Positions 25,174-37,984 of a stretch of 64,000 nt of DNA are shown piece after piece. Source of the stretch: Octopus sinensis (taxonomy: Eukaryota); the NCBI RefSeq assembly GCF_006345805.1, contig NC_042997.1, positions 21,018,001 through 21,082,000 on the forward strand. Reading direction: 5' to 3'. Within the stretch, counting starts at the first letter, position 1. Every line of letters begins with the position of its first letter. A model generated the notes under the pieces. It was not told the origin of the DNA, searched no databases, and saw only the letters and a list, made by a program, of their open reading frames with translations. Made by a program: the position numbers and the translations under genes.

Positions 25174-25220
25174 AAAACTGTCCGATGAATGGGAACGTGA
25201 AACTCTGAGTAACAAGTTTT
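25174..25220 (+). ncRNA. Minimal type I hammerhead ribozyme, core CCGAUGA
   Basis: AAAACTGT | CCGATGA | ATG-GGAA-CGT | GAA | ACTC-T-GAGT | A | ACAAGTTTT; all three stems pair; triplet GTA. Confidence 0.65.
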
Positions 25221-26399
25221 GTTGAATTTCTGCTGCTTTTAAATAAAGTATATATATATACGACAGGTTTCTTTCAGTTTCTCTCTACCAAATCCACTCA
25301 CAAGGCTTTGGTCATCCTGAGGCTATAGTAGAAGCCACTTGCCCAAGATTCCATGCAGTGAGACTGAATCCGGAACTATGTGGTTGGTAAGTAAGCTTCT
25401 TACCACACAGCAACTCCTTGAAATAAAAACTTATTTGTTCTTGATAAAATTGTTGAAGCAATCACAGCTATCGTCTTAAATGTTGATAAAATTAACATTT
25501 TAGATAAATAAATGACCCACAAATCTTCTTTCAAAAGTTCTGTAACTCACTAGTGGTATTTACTTGTCTCTTCTGAATTTCAATGCTCGTCATAGCTACA
25601 ATGTCGTTTTAAAGGTTAAACTTTCTTTTTAAGGCCAGAAACTACTTGAGTCCTGAGGTGTTGCTGATCCTTGCTAAAACTGGAATAGTCCTTCATTAGA
25701 GTATTCTTACCATATCTGTGATGGATTAACACAAGTATAGTTGATCTTACTGAAAATGTATTCATTCCACCAACTAGCAAGTTTTCACTCAGCAAAATAT
25801 TTCTAAGACTGCATTCCAAAGATTGGCCCTTCTCTTCAGGGCCAGAAAATATTTCAGCTCAGCCCAGTTACTGGCACTTCAAAACTCAAGTGAGGCCCAC
25901 GATGCAGTATGACTTCTACATCTGCATTATTTGTGTTGCTGCATACACAAACCTTTAGGACTATATCCAGAAAAGGAACACTTGACTAAGTAGCATAAAA
26001 TTACCCACAAACACACTCTAGCTGCTAGTCCTCAAATGCAGGATATCTACTTCCTGTCTTTTCAATGTCTAATATAATGGCCTCTTTTGCTGGGTGCTGG
26101 CTGGTTTGTACTTCCTCAGCCACTTCTGACCGAATTGTCTCTTTTTGTCATCCTTGTATCCACAAGATCCCATGCAAACCATTATGCTTGGGTTTTCTTC
26201 CTCAGAACATTGCTCATTTAGAATCTCCCCCCTACTTATATCTTCAGTACTGCTCTTGATTTACAACTGCTTAATGGGGAATTATTAACATCAGTCTCAC
26301 CAGTCTTGGAGAGCCTGCAAAAGCCAAGGTCACTGCTTCTTCCTTTTGTTTCAGTAAGTAATATTTGTCACTTTTACACTAGCACTATCATTTCTCTAT

Positions 26400-26625
26400 T
26401 ATTTCTTATTTCTTTATTGCCCACAAGGGGTTAAACATAGAGAGGACAAACAAGGACAGACAAAGGGATTAAGTCGATTACATCGATCCCAGTGTGTAAC
26501 TGGTACTTAATTTATCGACCCTGAAAGATTGAAAGGCAAAGTCGACCTTGGCGGAATTTGAACGTAACAACAGACAAAATACCACTAAGCATTTTGCTCG
26601 GCGTGCTAACTTTTCTCCCAGCTTG
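26400..26625 (-). mobile_element. SINE family B
   Basis: TATTTCTTTATTGCCCACAAGGGGTTAAACATAGAGAGGACAAACAAGG..GGCGGAATTTGAAC. Confidence 0.85.
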
Positions 26626-27817
26626 CTGCCTTATCTATCATTTCTACCTGTATGTTGCATCTCTCATCATCCATACCATATCTTACTTAACACTCAGTGC
26701 TATATATTTCACCAAGTTCTTCTGTCTCAGAAATAGATCCTTCTAGAACACTCTATTTGCTTATATTTTCCCTTTAGATATCAAACTTCAGAGACTGAAA
26801 CTGAACTGCTTGTGAGGTCCTGAAAAGGTTATGATTATTTCTTCCTCAAACTAAATAAGCAAAACAAATTCAACATGTCAGTTATTTCTCACCATATATA
26901 AGGGATGTACTGTCTTAGAAAGCAAAGTAGGTGGTACTGCTTTGGACTAAAACCGTAAGTATAAATTATTAAATGATAAAATAAATGATTTCCAATTCCT
27001 TATAAAAATGTTTATTTAATGCATGGAATTATATGTAGTAATTCTGTAAATGGCTACTATTTTGATGTTGGACAGGCACAACATCTGCTGCCTTTATATA
27101 AGTTCAATATGCATATTATTACATAATACTATTTTTCCCACAGTGTGTGTATTCATCTCCATAATACATAAAACGCAGTTGAAATGCAGGCAGAAATTAA
27201 ACTGCATCTTATAAATATTAAAGAATAAAAGTGTGTATATATATAGTGGGGCATGTGTGTGTGTGTGTGAATGCTACATTGAGTGTGTCGTGGGGGATGC
27301 ATTGCATTGAGTTTGTTTATCTCTAATGATTGAGCTAATTTTAAGTGACATTTTATCTCATGTTGGTGTACAAAATAAGAATAATAAATATATATTGAGT
27401 TGGGTAAACTCTTCTCCAAAAGCTTCTTATGAACATCTGTAAGGTTTCTAACAGGCTGAATTCAACAAATAACTAAAATTACAGAATAAAAAAAAATATT
27501 TTTTACTTAAAAATATAACTACTTTTCAAGCAACAGAATTATTTGGTACACAATGGAAGTGATATAACTGAATTTAATGTTATTTTGCATTAATATTACT
27601 GTAACTGAACAGCTACACAAACTCCTAATGAGATTTATGCAATTTTGTGCAAGCCTACACATATTTTCTATAGTTAGGATTCAGCCTGTTCATAGTTATA
27701 TGAAGAGAGTGTGCAAGTTTGAGTTTGTTAGATGAGGCCTGTTCACTGATTTGTAAATGTTCATATGTGAGAATGTCTGTTAACACATAAAGGTTCTAGC
27801 AAAAAAATACATATGTG

Positions 27818-28208
27818 TCCCATGCTAGTAGGGTGCTTAGAGCACCATCTGAGTGTGATCGTTGCCAGAGCGGCTAACTGGCTTCCATGCCGGTGGCATG
27901 TAAAAGGCACCATTGGAGCATGATTGTTACCAGCATCGCCTTACTGGCACCTGTGCCGGTGGCATGTGTAAAAAGATTCGAGTGAAGTTGTTGTCAGTAC
28001 CACCTGACTGACCCCCGTGCCAGTGGCACATAAAAGCACCCACTACACTCTTGGAGTGGTTGGCGTTAGAATGGGCATCCAGCTGTAGAAACTCTGCCAG
28101 ATCAAGATTGGAGCCTGGTGCAGCCATCTGATTTGCCAGCCTTCAGTCAAATCGTCCAACCCATGCTAGCATGGAAAGCGGACGTTAGACAATGATGATG
28201 ATGATGAT
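27818..28208 (+). mobile_element. Family C retroelement
   Basis: Internal GGTGGCATGTAAAAGGCACC units; 3' GGAAAGCGGACGTTAGACAATGATGATG. Confidence 0.9.
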
Positions 28209-29049
28209 TTGAGTGATGCAGAGAATTTAGTCACTTTAATTTTCATAAAAATTCTTTCAGAATATTTGCTCTGGTAGAGTGTGACTCAAAATACTGGTCT
28301 GATCTCTTGTAGATTTAAATTCTGTAAACCACCAAGAAAACTCACCTTTAAATCAAATACCTGCTGACTGTGTTTCTCTGAACAGAAATACAGCCATCAG
28401 TTATCTGACTGTATTTCTGTTCATAAAATTATGCTCAGAGTTTTTTGGAAAGAACAACAAATTTTACTTGAAATGATTTAATTGCGACAAACAATTCATA
28501 TGCAAAACACCTTTCCCATGCAACTTAATATTCTGTTCACTTGGTTTATTGAATATTTGAAAGTTGTGCATAGCCGTTCTGTTTTTTTTTTTTTTTTTTC
28601 TGTGTTACTTAAACATTCACAAATAATATTCTTCATTTCAAGAAAGAACATATGTTATTCTCTCAGATCCCACACACTTTTCAAAATATTTTCTTAGTTT
28701 CATCATTATGTATTGCAATGGATACACTACATCTGAAAATTTACATTTCAGATTATTTTGCAAATTTCTGAACAGTCTGGGATTTAGCCCCCTAACTCTA
28801 ATAAAGATAAAATCATGTTTAGTCACAGGGTTAAAATCAGAACAATTTACACGTCATAATTATCTTTGTCACCATCATCATCATTTAACCTTCATTTTCC
28901 ATACTGGTACTGGTTGTTTGGTTTGACAGGATCTGACAAGCTGCAGAGCTGCATAAGATCTCAATATCAGCTTGACATGGTTTTCACAGCTTGATGCCCT
29001 TTCTAATTCTGTCCAACTTACAGTGTATAAAGAGTAAAGACCCCCTTCA

Positions 29050-29340
29050 ATCATGAATGACCATTGGGTTGCACCTAGAAAGTTCCACTCTGAGGCACAA
29101 ATCCTGGTAAGTTTGTTTACAAAAGACCAGCAGTTGCTCATCTTACCAGCCCCCTCTCTTCACACCACTGATGTTATCCAAGGGAAAGGTAAAGGCCAAT
29201 ACAGCTTGGCACCAGTGATGCTGCAATTCATTTCTACAGCAGAGTGAACTGGAGCAATGTGAAATAAAGTGTCTTGCGCAAGAATACAACACATAGTCTG
29301 GTTCAGGCATCAAGCTCACTAGCTCATGAGTGTGAGCCCG
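29050..29340 (-). mobile_element. tRNA-head SINE (family D-related)
   Basis: GTGAACTGGAGCAATGTGAAATAAAGTGTCTTGCGCAAGAATACAAC shared with 31270-31330. Confidence 0.6.
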
Positions 29341-29354
29341 GTATTCAAACCAGC

Positions 29355-29592
29355 AAAAGGTGGCGAGCTGGCAGAATTGTTAGCACACCGGGCGAAATGC
29401 TTAGCAGTATTTCGTCTGCAGCTACGTTCTGAGTTCAAATTCCACCGAGGTCGACTTTGCCTTTCATCCTTTCGAGGTCGATTAAATAAGTACCAGTTAC
29501 ACACTGGGGTCGATATAATCGACTTAATCCATGTGTCTGTCCTTGTTTGTCCCCTCTGTGCTTAGCCCCTTGTGGGTAGTAAAGAAATAGGT
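29355..29592 (+). mobile_element. SINE family B, full length
   Basis: GGTGGCGAGCTGGCAGAATTGTTAG..GAGTTCAAATTCC..GCCCCTTGTGGGTAGTAAAGAAATAGG. Confidence 0.88.
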
Positions 29593-30289
29593 ATTCAAAC
29601 TATTGAGCCAAGCACCTTCACAGTGTGTACTGAATACCTTTTACATGCCATCAGCACTAGTGAAGTCACCAACTAACTTGCAAGGCTAAAAAGGAAAAAG
29701 GAAAAACACCCCACTTGACTGAGTGGGAATGTATTTGCGAGAGAAGCAAGTAGCTTTATACCAGATGTTTAAGGCTAGAGAGACATGCACAGGTATCTTG
29801 TTAAATAGAGGAGATACATGCTACCTTGCATTATGCGAGGGTGGAAGGGAGCAGCTGGAAAAGATTTAAATGTGGTAGTGATAGTGGGATGCCAGAGAAA
29901 CATTCAAGGTACAAGAAACTCATAAGACTTTTCTGATGAATAATACAATGCAATGATTACAGAGCATAACATAACTTCTCATCTTTCACTTTATCATTAA
30001 GCAGCTTTATGAGACAAGCATATTTTCCCGTTAGTGAAGATGTGCCATATGTTGTAATGACTGTCAGCTTCTTCCAAGATAAACTACATCTATCCAAGCT
30101 GTGTTTAACAGCCATACAAATCTTAGCTTGTTGTGGTTTTCTTTAACAGTTCCACTGACAGCAACCTTTAAATAATTGCAAAATTAACATCAATACCTCT
30201 AATAAATACGAGCAATTAAGCCAGGTCTTGAATGTCAGTATTCTCAGGTATTGCCTGTGAGTACCACACAAATAAACCTGCCACCTTCA

Positions 30290-30545
30290 AGTCACTTTTC
30301 TGACAGATTCTGTGAAATCACATTACTACAAAGAGCTATAGTTCTCCCTGATGGAGATATAGTATCAATTTCTGCTTTTAATCCTGGATAGACAATATCA
30401 ACTGCATTAAGCATACATTCCTTTAAAAGTTCTGCTTCAGAAAATAGTTTGCTATGTTTGGCAATTTTATAAGTAAGCACAAAGCAGGCTCTTGTAGTGG
30501 CTTCTTGTATGGTTGTCTATCTTTCAAAAATTGTTTTAAATTCCT
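30290..30545 (-). pseudogene. hAT (Charlie/SPIN-type) transposase fragment
   Basis: QEATTRACFVLTYKIAKHSKLFSEAELLKECMLNAVDIVYPGLKAEIDTISPSGRTI matches the A..ASF.VA..IAK..KPF.EGE.IKECM......CP......I.LS..TV block. Confidence 0.75.
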
Positions 30546-31054
30546 CAACATGTCAAGACAGAAAAAGTCCCCTTGACTGAGTGAGGTTAAAATAGAGAGG
30601 CAGTTGGTTTAATAACCTGTGTTGAGAGTCTAAAGTATGATAAAAGGATTGACACAGGTACCTTGTGATAGAGGAAATACATGGGTACCCAACATTCTAT
30701 AAAGGCGGGTGAGAAGAGCTTGAAAGAAGACAAAGACATTGGTGAAAAGGTACCAGAATGTACTTTCAAAATACAGGAAGGTGAGTATAAGAGTGAATAG
30801 GGACAGGGATCAGGAACGGTTGGTAGAAAACAGTAGAAGAGTGTATACATAAAAAACTTTTCCTTTTTACCTTTTCCCTGAGTGTACCCCTAATACACAG
30901 TTTTTTTTAACTTGTCTTCTTGTATTTTCATGTCCCATATGTGTGAGTGTGTGCTTGTGTGTGTGTGTGTTGCAATATTTCTGCATATTGTCTCAAAATG
31001 ATGTATCGTTTTGTTGATAATTTACTTCATTAACGTCTAGTGCTTATCATGACT

Positions 31055-31400
31055 ACTTATGAATTTGGTCTACTATACAGGCACTCTGTCAGTTATGATG
31101 ACAAGGATTCCAGCTGACCCTATCAATAGAACAGCCTGCTCATAAAATTAACATACAAGCAGCAGCTGAGCGCTCCACAGATACACATACCATTAATGTA
31201 GTTCTCAGGGAGATTCAGCATGACACAGAATATGACAAGTTTAGCCCTTCCAAATGCAAGTACGACTCACTTTTACCAGCTGAGTGGATTGGAGCAGCAT
31301 AAAATAAAGTGTCTTGCCCATGGACAAAACATGCCACAGGGAATCAAAATCATGATCTTATGATTGTCTGCAGAAAACTCTAACCACTAAGCTATGTAAC
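31055..31400 (-). mobile_element. tRNA-head SINE family D
   Basis: Minus strand begins CATAGCTTAGTGGTTAGAG (A-box) ..GATTCCC..GGGCAAGACACTTTATTTT..CAATCCACTCAGCTG. Confidence 0.7.
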
Positions 31401-32617
31401 AATAGTCAATGTCCATGTAGATATTGTATACACTTTGAAAGAACAAATAATTTCTAGGTAAGAAGTTTCTGGCAACTAAAACAACTTACCCAGCATGCAA
31501 CGATAAACACTGTCTAAGCATTTAAACTTGGAACTCAAAACGTGATGAGATTGACACCTTAACCATAAAGCTACATCACTAGTTTTTGGCATGCCACATA
31601 GGCTTTCTGAAATTTTCAGTTAGTGTCAAATTGACAATCAACCTTATCCCTGTACACTAGTTTACGTAATAACTTGCTATATTCATTATTCTAGCTTAAT
31701 CTATTTTAACTGTTGGAAAGTTTATTCAGTGTCAATTTTTATTCTCAAATGGCAATTGTGCTATCTGAATTTCTCGTCTTATTACCTTATTGCTGTTTGA
31801 ATCATCTTAAACACGTGAAGGATGATGATTTCCAGTAGGCATATTAGGTGAAGATTATTCATGATTCTGCTTTACACAACTTCTAAACATTAGCCTGAGG
31901 TTAACTGACTGTAATATTTAAGCTCTGAAGGATAAGAGCCACGTTTCAGTCTTTTCCCTTAAGGCTTACTTCTAATTTAATGTATAAGATTACGAGTGGA
32001 GCCTTCAGCATAACTTGACTTAAATTACATTGATTATAGAAGAGTTTTCTGGCAAACCAACAAGTCAATCCTCTTTCAAATTTTCATTGTTAACTACTGT
32101 TCTTGTAAGCTGTAATTGGTTAAATTACTGGTTCATACTCAATGTAAAGAGAATACAAACAACAACTTAGACTGTTATAACAGTTATTTAAGCTGTCAGT
32201 TAAACTTTGAAGTATTTACATTGATTTATTATTTATTCAACTTACTTTAGAAAGTAAGTTGTTTATAAAATTATCAAATTATTCTTTATTGTTCAAATGA
32301 ATATAATTAATTCCAAGTTAGTGTTTGTTATTTGTTTATATTTTCTTTTTACTTCTTTTTCACTAAATATATGAGATTGATTGGTTTGATACGATTTAGA
32401 CTATGTAAGTTGTGATGAATAATTTACATTGTTTGGAAAAATAAAAATAAAAAATTAAAAAACTGATTATAAATAGTTTTCTGAGATTCTGTTAGATATG
32501 AGGTAGATATGGAAATTGGCATATGAGAACATTAAACATTTTTAGAAATGAGTCATTGGCTTTATATCAGAACATGAATAATTAATTTAGTATCAGAGAA
32601 TAATACACTGATATATT

Positions 32618-32768
32618 GTCGTCATCATCATCATCATCGTTTAACGTCCGTTTTCCATGCTAGCATAGGTTGGACGGTTCGACTGGGGTCTGGGAAGCCA
32701 GGCAGCTGCACCAGGCTCCAGTCTGATCTGGCAGTGTTTCTACAGCTGGATGTCCTTCCTAACACCAA
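32618..32768 (-). mobile_element. Family C 3' part, truncated by the adjacent PLE-type element
   Basis: (CAT)n CGTTTAACGTCCG..GGATGTCCTTCCTAACACCAA, then an abrupt switch to unrelated sequence. Confidence 0.85.
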
Positions 32769-32919
32769 TGTTTCTTTTCTGTGTATCTTTCTGTTGAAGA
32801 GCGTAGGCTCGAAATGTAAAAGACTTGTTTTATTTATATTCTGAGCGCCATACTAATACAATTGTTTGTTTGTATTCCACCTGCCTTCGTCTTTTGTTTA
32901 TTTTCATAAAGCTTCCCGT
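32769..32919 (+). mobile_element. Non-palindromic PLE-type pLTR fragment ending in (TA)n
   Basis: Contains a hammerhead fold; the 3' end abuts (TA)n. Confidence 0.55.
32786..32823 (+). ncRNA. Degenerate minimal hammerhead
   Basis: TCTTT | CTGTTGA A | GAGC-GTAG-GCTC | GAAA TGT A | AAAGA. A6 is replaced by U, and stem III reads ATGT rather than ACGT. Confidence 0.55.
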
Positions 32920-33584
32920 TATATATATATATACATAGATACATACATATATATATACATACATACATACATATACATGTGTGTGTGTGTGTGAGTGTGT
33001 ATTGGGATGTAGAGCATTGAAATTATATTAAAAAGATTTACCTGAAAAATAATATATAATCTGTTTTTTCTGAGAGCATGAATTTTGGCCTTATTGAGCA
33101 CATAATTTACTTGTTGTCTCTCCTTTTATTTCGTTTTATTGAAAGGGAGATGATAAGAATGAGTTTCTGCTGATACTAAAAATTTCAGCTGATCTCAGGA
33201 TCAATTTCTGAATCTCTTTAAATGACTACAGCAGAAGAGTCTCTCCTTGATGATTACTGCAGCCAACAAACAAATAAACAGACGCTGTTACATACAGGAA
33301 GTCTCTACGTGGTCACTTAAACTGTTAGAAGTAGCAGATGAACATCTCTTAATTTGCAGGGGATGAGACTGGTTGGCATTGCCTATTTCACATCGCTGAT
33401 TCAACAGACTTATCTTATTTGACATTAGATATTTTAATGCTTCTCTCTTTCTCCTCCACCCTACCCACTATCTCTCTCTCTCCCTCCCTCTCTCTTTCCC
33501 TCTCCCCCCACCTCTCTCTCTGCTTAAGTGTATGAGCATATTTCTCTTTATGAGTATAAAGAAAGGAGAGAATGTTTTTGTCAG

Positions 33585-34090
33585 TCATGAAATCGAACCG
33601 AAATTGAACCAAATTCGATGACTGGCACCTGTGCCAGTGAAGTGCTAACAGCTTCATCCGAGCTGGATCACTGCCAGAGCAGCTGTCTGGTTTCCATGCC
33701 GGTGGCACGTAAAAGGCACTATTTGAGCGTGATTGTTACCTGCGTTGCCTTACTGGCACTTATTCCGGTGGCATGTGAACAAAACATTTGAGTGAGGTCA
33801 TTGCCAGTGCCACTGGACTTACTCCTGTGCAGGTGGCATGTAAAAAGCACCATTTGAGCATGGTCGTTGCCAGTACCACCAGACTGGCCCTCATGCCGGT
33901 GGCAGGCAAAAGCACCCACTACACTCTCGGAGTGGTTGGCATTAGGAAAGGCATCCAGCTGTAGAAACTCTGCCAGATCAGATTGGAGCCTGGTGCAGCC
34001 ATCTGGTTCGCCAGTCCTCAGTCAAGTCATCCAACCCATGCTAGCATGGAAAGTGGATGCTAAATGATGATGATGATGATGATGATGATG
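33585..34090 (+). mobile_element. Family C retroelement, long copy
   Basis: Starts GAAATCGAACCGAAATTGAACCAAATTCGATGACTGGCACC; internal tandem units; (GAT)n tail. Confidence 0.88.
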
Positions 34091-34554
34091 TTGAACTGAT
34101 AAATGTGTCTCTCTCACTCTCTATATCTATGTTTATATTTCTGTGCATATCGATGTATACCACTACAGCCAAAATGTACTGTCTGCAAAGCAGGTTCTAT
34201 GTCCAATCAGCAATGCCAAACCACTAGCGTCCAAACAGCAACACCCAATCATCTCATTGTGTAAATTACACTTTCCAATTAAGAAAAAAAAAACTATTGA
34301 ATGTCTGAGGAAAAATGGACAGTCATGGATAGAATGCCTTTAATTATAAATCTGTTTAATCAGAGTTGACCTAGGGTTATACAATAACAACAAACAACAA
34401 TGCAGTACTCTTGATGCTAGCAGTTAAAATGCATTATTTATCATTACCTCACAATATTAATTAGTTATAGCTTCGTAGACTGTGCCGACACACACAGTGG
34501 AAACACAGAACATTGGAATGAATGAAGTTCTAATGATGGGAATCAAACCATCAA

Positions 34555-34928
34555 CCATCAGTCATTTGACTGCAGCTATGCTGGAGCACCGCCTTTAGTT
34601 GAGAAAATCGACCCCAGGACTTATTCTCTGAAAGCTTAGTACTTATTCTATCGGTGTCTTTTGCCACACCGCTAAGTTACGGGGACGTAAACACACTAGC
34701 ATCAGTTGTCAAGCGATGTTGGTGGGGGACAAACACAGACACACAAACACACACATATATACATATATATGACAGGCTTCTTTCAATTTCCATTTACCAA
34801 ATCCACTCACAAGGCATCGGTTGACCTGAGACTTTAGTAGAAGACACTTGCCAAGGTGCCATGCAGTGGGACTAAACCCAGAACCACGTAGTTGGTAAGT
34901 AAGCTACTTACTGCACAGCCACTCCCGG
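34555..34928 (-). mobile_element. SINE family A, full length
   Basis: Both halves present around (CA)/(TA). Confidence 0.85.
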
Positions 34929-35278
34929 AGTAATTCTAGACTTCATTTGATTGATTAGAACCTAAATTGGTTTGTGTGGACTTGAGATGACAAAATATGA
35001 CTAATGCAAGCTATTGAATTGCTATATTCTGTCTTTCATTTATATATATACAGTCTGTAATGTACAGTCATTTAAATAACTTCACTAGTGTTTAGTCATA
35101 TAGTTTTATCATTTCTAGATTTTTAAACCTATTATCTAATAGAATTTCTCCTTTTTTCTCATGAATATCTCCATATCTCCTACTTAATTGAACTTCAAAA
35201 GATGATATGAAAAAGATGAATTTATTTCTTCTGAGTGTTGTATGAAGTTCCAACAACAACAACAACAAAAACAACAAC

Positions 35279-35317
<39 letters not shown>

Positions 35318-36444
35318 GAAAAAATTAAAGACAAAAGTTAAATGGACTCTTCAACTGATGATTAAAAACAGAAGCTACTAATCGAATTTTAATCAAACTG
35401 GAATTTTGATTCTGAACAATTAAAACATTTAAAAAAAAATCTTTCTATGAAAATTATCAAAATTCCTACTATGAAAGAAAATGTGGAATTATGAAGTTAA
35501 AAGCAATCAGTGAAATAGTATTAAACATTTTTATATTATTGCTATCAAAATATATATTGCCTGGATGCCATTGTCTGATTCTGCTATCATTTTTGTAGAA
35601 GTGATATCTTTTGATAGGACAAAAGCAAAATCAAAGTAGCCTACAGCATTAAATCTTTAGCTCCTCACATTAATTTGAAACTTAGTGGGCAGATATGCTT
35701 CAGCAATGTTCTCTTCCTAATCTTATCATTAATTCAGAAAACCATTCTGTAATTGTGGATAACTCAATCAACAGATGAAGTAATTGTTGATATCTAAACA
35801 TGATCTTCAGGAAATGTCAGATTAATCTAGCTTTTTGAATAATTTATAATGGCATGAATATGATTATAAAATGCCGAAAGCTACATGAACAATGAGTAAA
35901 TACTAAAGGAAATGAGGAGAGGAAAAAACTTATGAATAGTAATGATGATAATACCAATAATTAAAGGAGCAAAATCACGAATATGAACTTATTTAGTATG
36001 TGGAACATGAGTGGGCATTATTGCAAAAGCTGCATAAATAATATAACCAAAACTTTCTCAAGAACTTGAGAGTTATTTCTTAAATGTTAATAATAACTCA
36101 CTTTACATAATAATCAGTATATTGTTATACATTTTGATGGTGAATCAACAGAATTGTTAGAGCATCAAGCCTAGCAGCATTTGAAATAGTTCTTTACATT
36201 CTCAGCTCAAATCTTACTGAAGTTAAGTTTGCTTTCCATTTCTCTAGAGTTGCTAAAATACGAAACTAGTCAGCTATTTAGTGTCAGTTTCCTCAAATGT
36301 CATTCTGTGCCAATAAGCCTTATGGAGTAACATGTCATATTAAGCCCAAATTCCTGCCCAGCCATCTGGTACCAATAACAAGTAAAGCATTAGTTGAAAT
36401 AAATTACCATCACATTAATCTCATTTATCTTTAAAACTCTTATA

Positions 36445-36865
36445 TTACTTATTTCTTTATTGGCCACAAGGGGCTAAACATAGAGGGAACAAACAAGGAC
36501 AGACAAAGGGATTAAGTCGATTACATCAACCCCAGTGCGTAACTGGTACTTAATTTATCAACCCCGCAAGGATGAAAGGCAAAGTTGACCTGGGCGGAAT
36601 TTGAACTCAGAATATAACGGCAGAAGAAATACCTATTTCTTTACTACCCACAAGAGGCTAAATACAGAGAGGACAAACAAGGACAGACAAACGGATTAAG
36701 TCGATTATATCGACCCCAGTGCATAACTGGTACTTATTTAATTGACCCCAAAAGGATGAAAGGCAAAGTTGACCTCAGCGGAATTTGAACTCAGAACATA
36801 ACAGCAGATGAAATACCGCTAAGCATTTCGCCTGGTGTGCTAATATTTCTGCCAGCTCACCGCCT
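36445..36865 (-). mobile_element. SINE family B tandem dimer
   Basis: Two consecutive units (~36445-36635 and ~36635-36865); only the second has the complete head. Confidence 0.85.
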
Positions 36866-37493
36866 TATATTACTGCCAACATAACAGACACACACACTGA
36901 TATACACACACATTCTATATTTCACTCAAATATACCATATACTCTTTCTCTTTTCCCACCCACTTTCTAAATGTAATCTCAATTAAGAGGATAACTCAAA
37001 AGGAAAAAGAAGGAACAGCTTTTTTGTTGTTGCTTAGTACACATTCTATTGCTGATTCATATTATTTTATGAATGTAGTTCTCTGATTGCCTTTGATCAA
37101 GACACTAGTATACCCAGCATCTGACAACATCAGCACCCTACCTGATAATATTTGGCTATGTGCTAGTTTTCTCATGAACCATTTCTCTCTAGTTAGTTTT
37201 TAATGTCCTATGCATTATATGTTAACAGAATCTTATCTATGGCTTCAGTTATGGAAGGTACCTTGAAACTAATTAATTTATAAATTATTGTTTCCATACC
37301 TCAACAAATATACAATTTATTTAATGACTGGCAATTACAGTGAAAATTAAGGAAGCAAGAATAAGACCAAAACTTGTCGTGAGTTGTCTTCTCTACCTGT
37401 TGTAGACAAAAGTGGTATCAATCATTTACTAATACATTTTTCTTATTATTCCCTAGTATATTCATTTGTAGTTTGCTTTTAATGCTCTTTATC

Positions 37494-37623
37494 ATAGGCA
37501 TAGGAGTGGGTGTGTGGTAAGTAGCTTGCTTATGAACCACATGGTTCCGAGTTCATTCCCACTGCAGGCCGACCAAAGCCTTGTGAGGGGATTTGGTAGA
37601 CGGAAATTGAAAGAAGCCCATCG

Positions 37624-37678
<55 letters not shown>

Positions 37679-37900
37679 GTATATGTATGTGAGTGTCTGT
37701 GTTTGTCCCCCCAACATTGCTTGACAACTGTTGCTGGTGTGTTTACATCCCTGTAACTTAGCGGTTCAGCAAAAGAGACTGATAGAATATGTATTAGGCT
37801 TACAAAGAATAAGTCCTGGGGTAGATTTGCTTGACTAAAGGCGGTGCTCCAGCATGGCCACAGTCACATGACTGAAAGAAATAAAAGAGTAAAAGAGTAA
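37494..37900 (+). mobile_element. SINE family A, full length, internal (TA)n
   Basis: GGAGTGGGTGTGTGGTAAG (A-box-like), GAGTTCATTCCC (B-box-like), tail GACTGAAAGAAATAAAAGAGTAAAAGAG. Confidence 0.88.
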
Positions 37901-37984
37901 TTACATGCAATAGTTTTTCACTTTATGTGTTCAGGAAAATTTAAAGACTTCAGTCTATCTAGAAATAGGGAAGATAAGCTCCCT

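Larger units (their letters stand above)
25014..25253. mobile_element. PLE-type element: 175-bp palindrome (25079-25253) plus 65-bp extension, in (TA)n
   Basis: Arms pair around a TTT loop (25165-67) with about 4 mismatches; a hammerhead fold lies in each arm; (TA)n on both sides. Confidence 0.7.
24380..25420 (-). mobile_element. SINE family A split by two nested insertions in its internal (TA)n
   Basis: 3' half at 24380-24600 and 5' half at 25261-25420; family C and a palindromic PLE-type element lie between them. Confidence 0.8.

Noticed and set aside
25620-26370. Possible C-terminal relic of an R4/Dong-type LINE
   Set aside because: Only faint motif resemblance through many stops.
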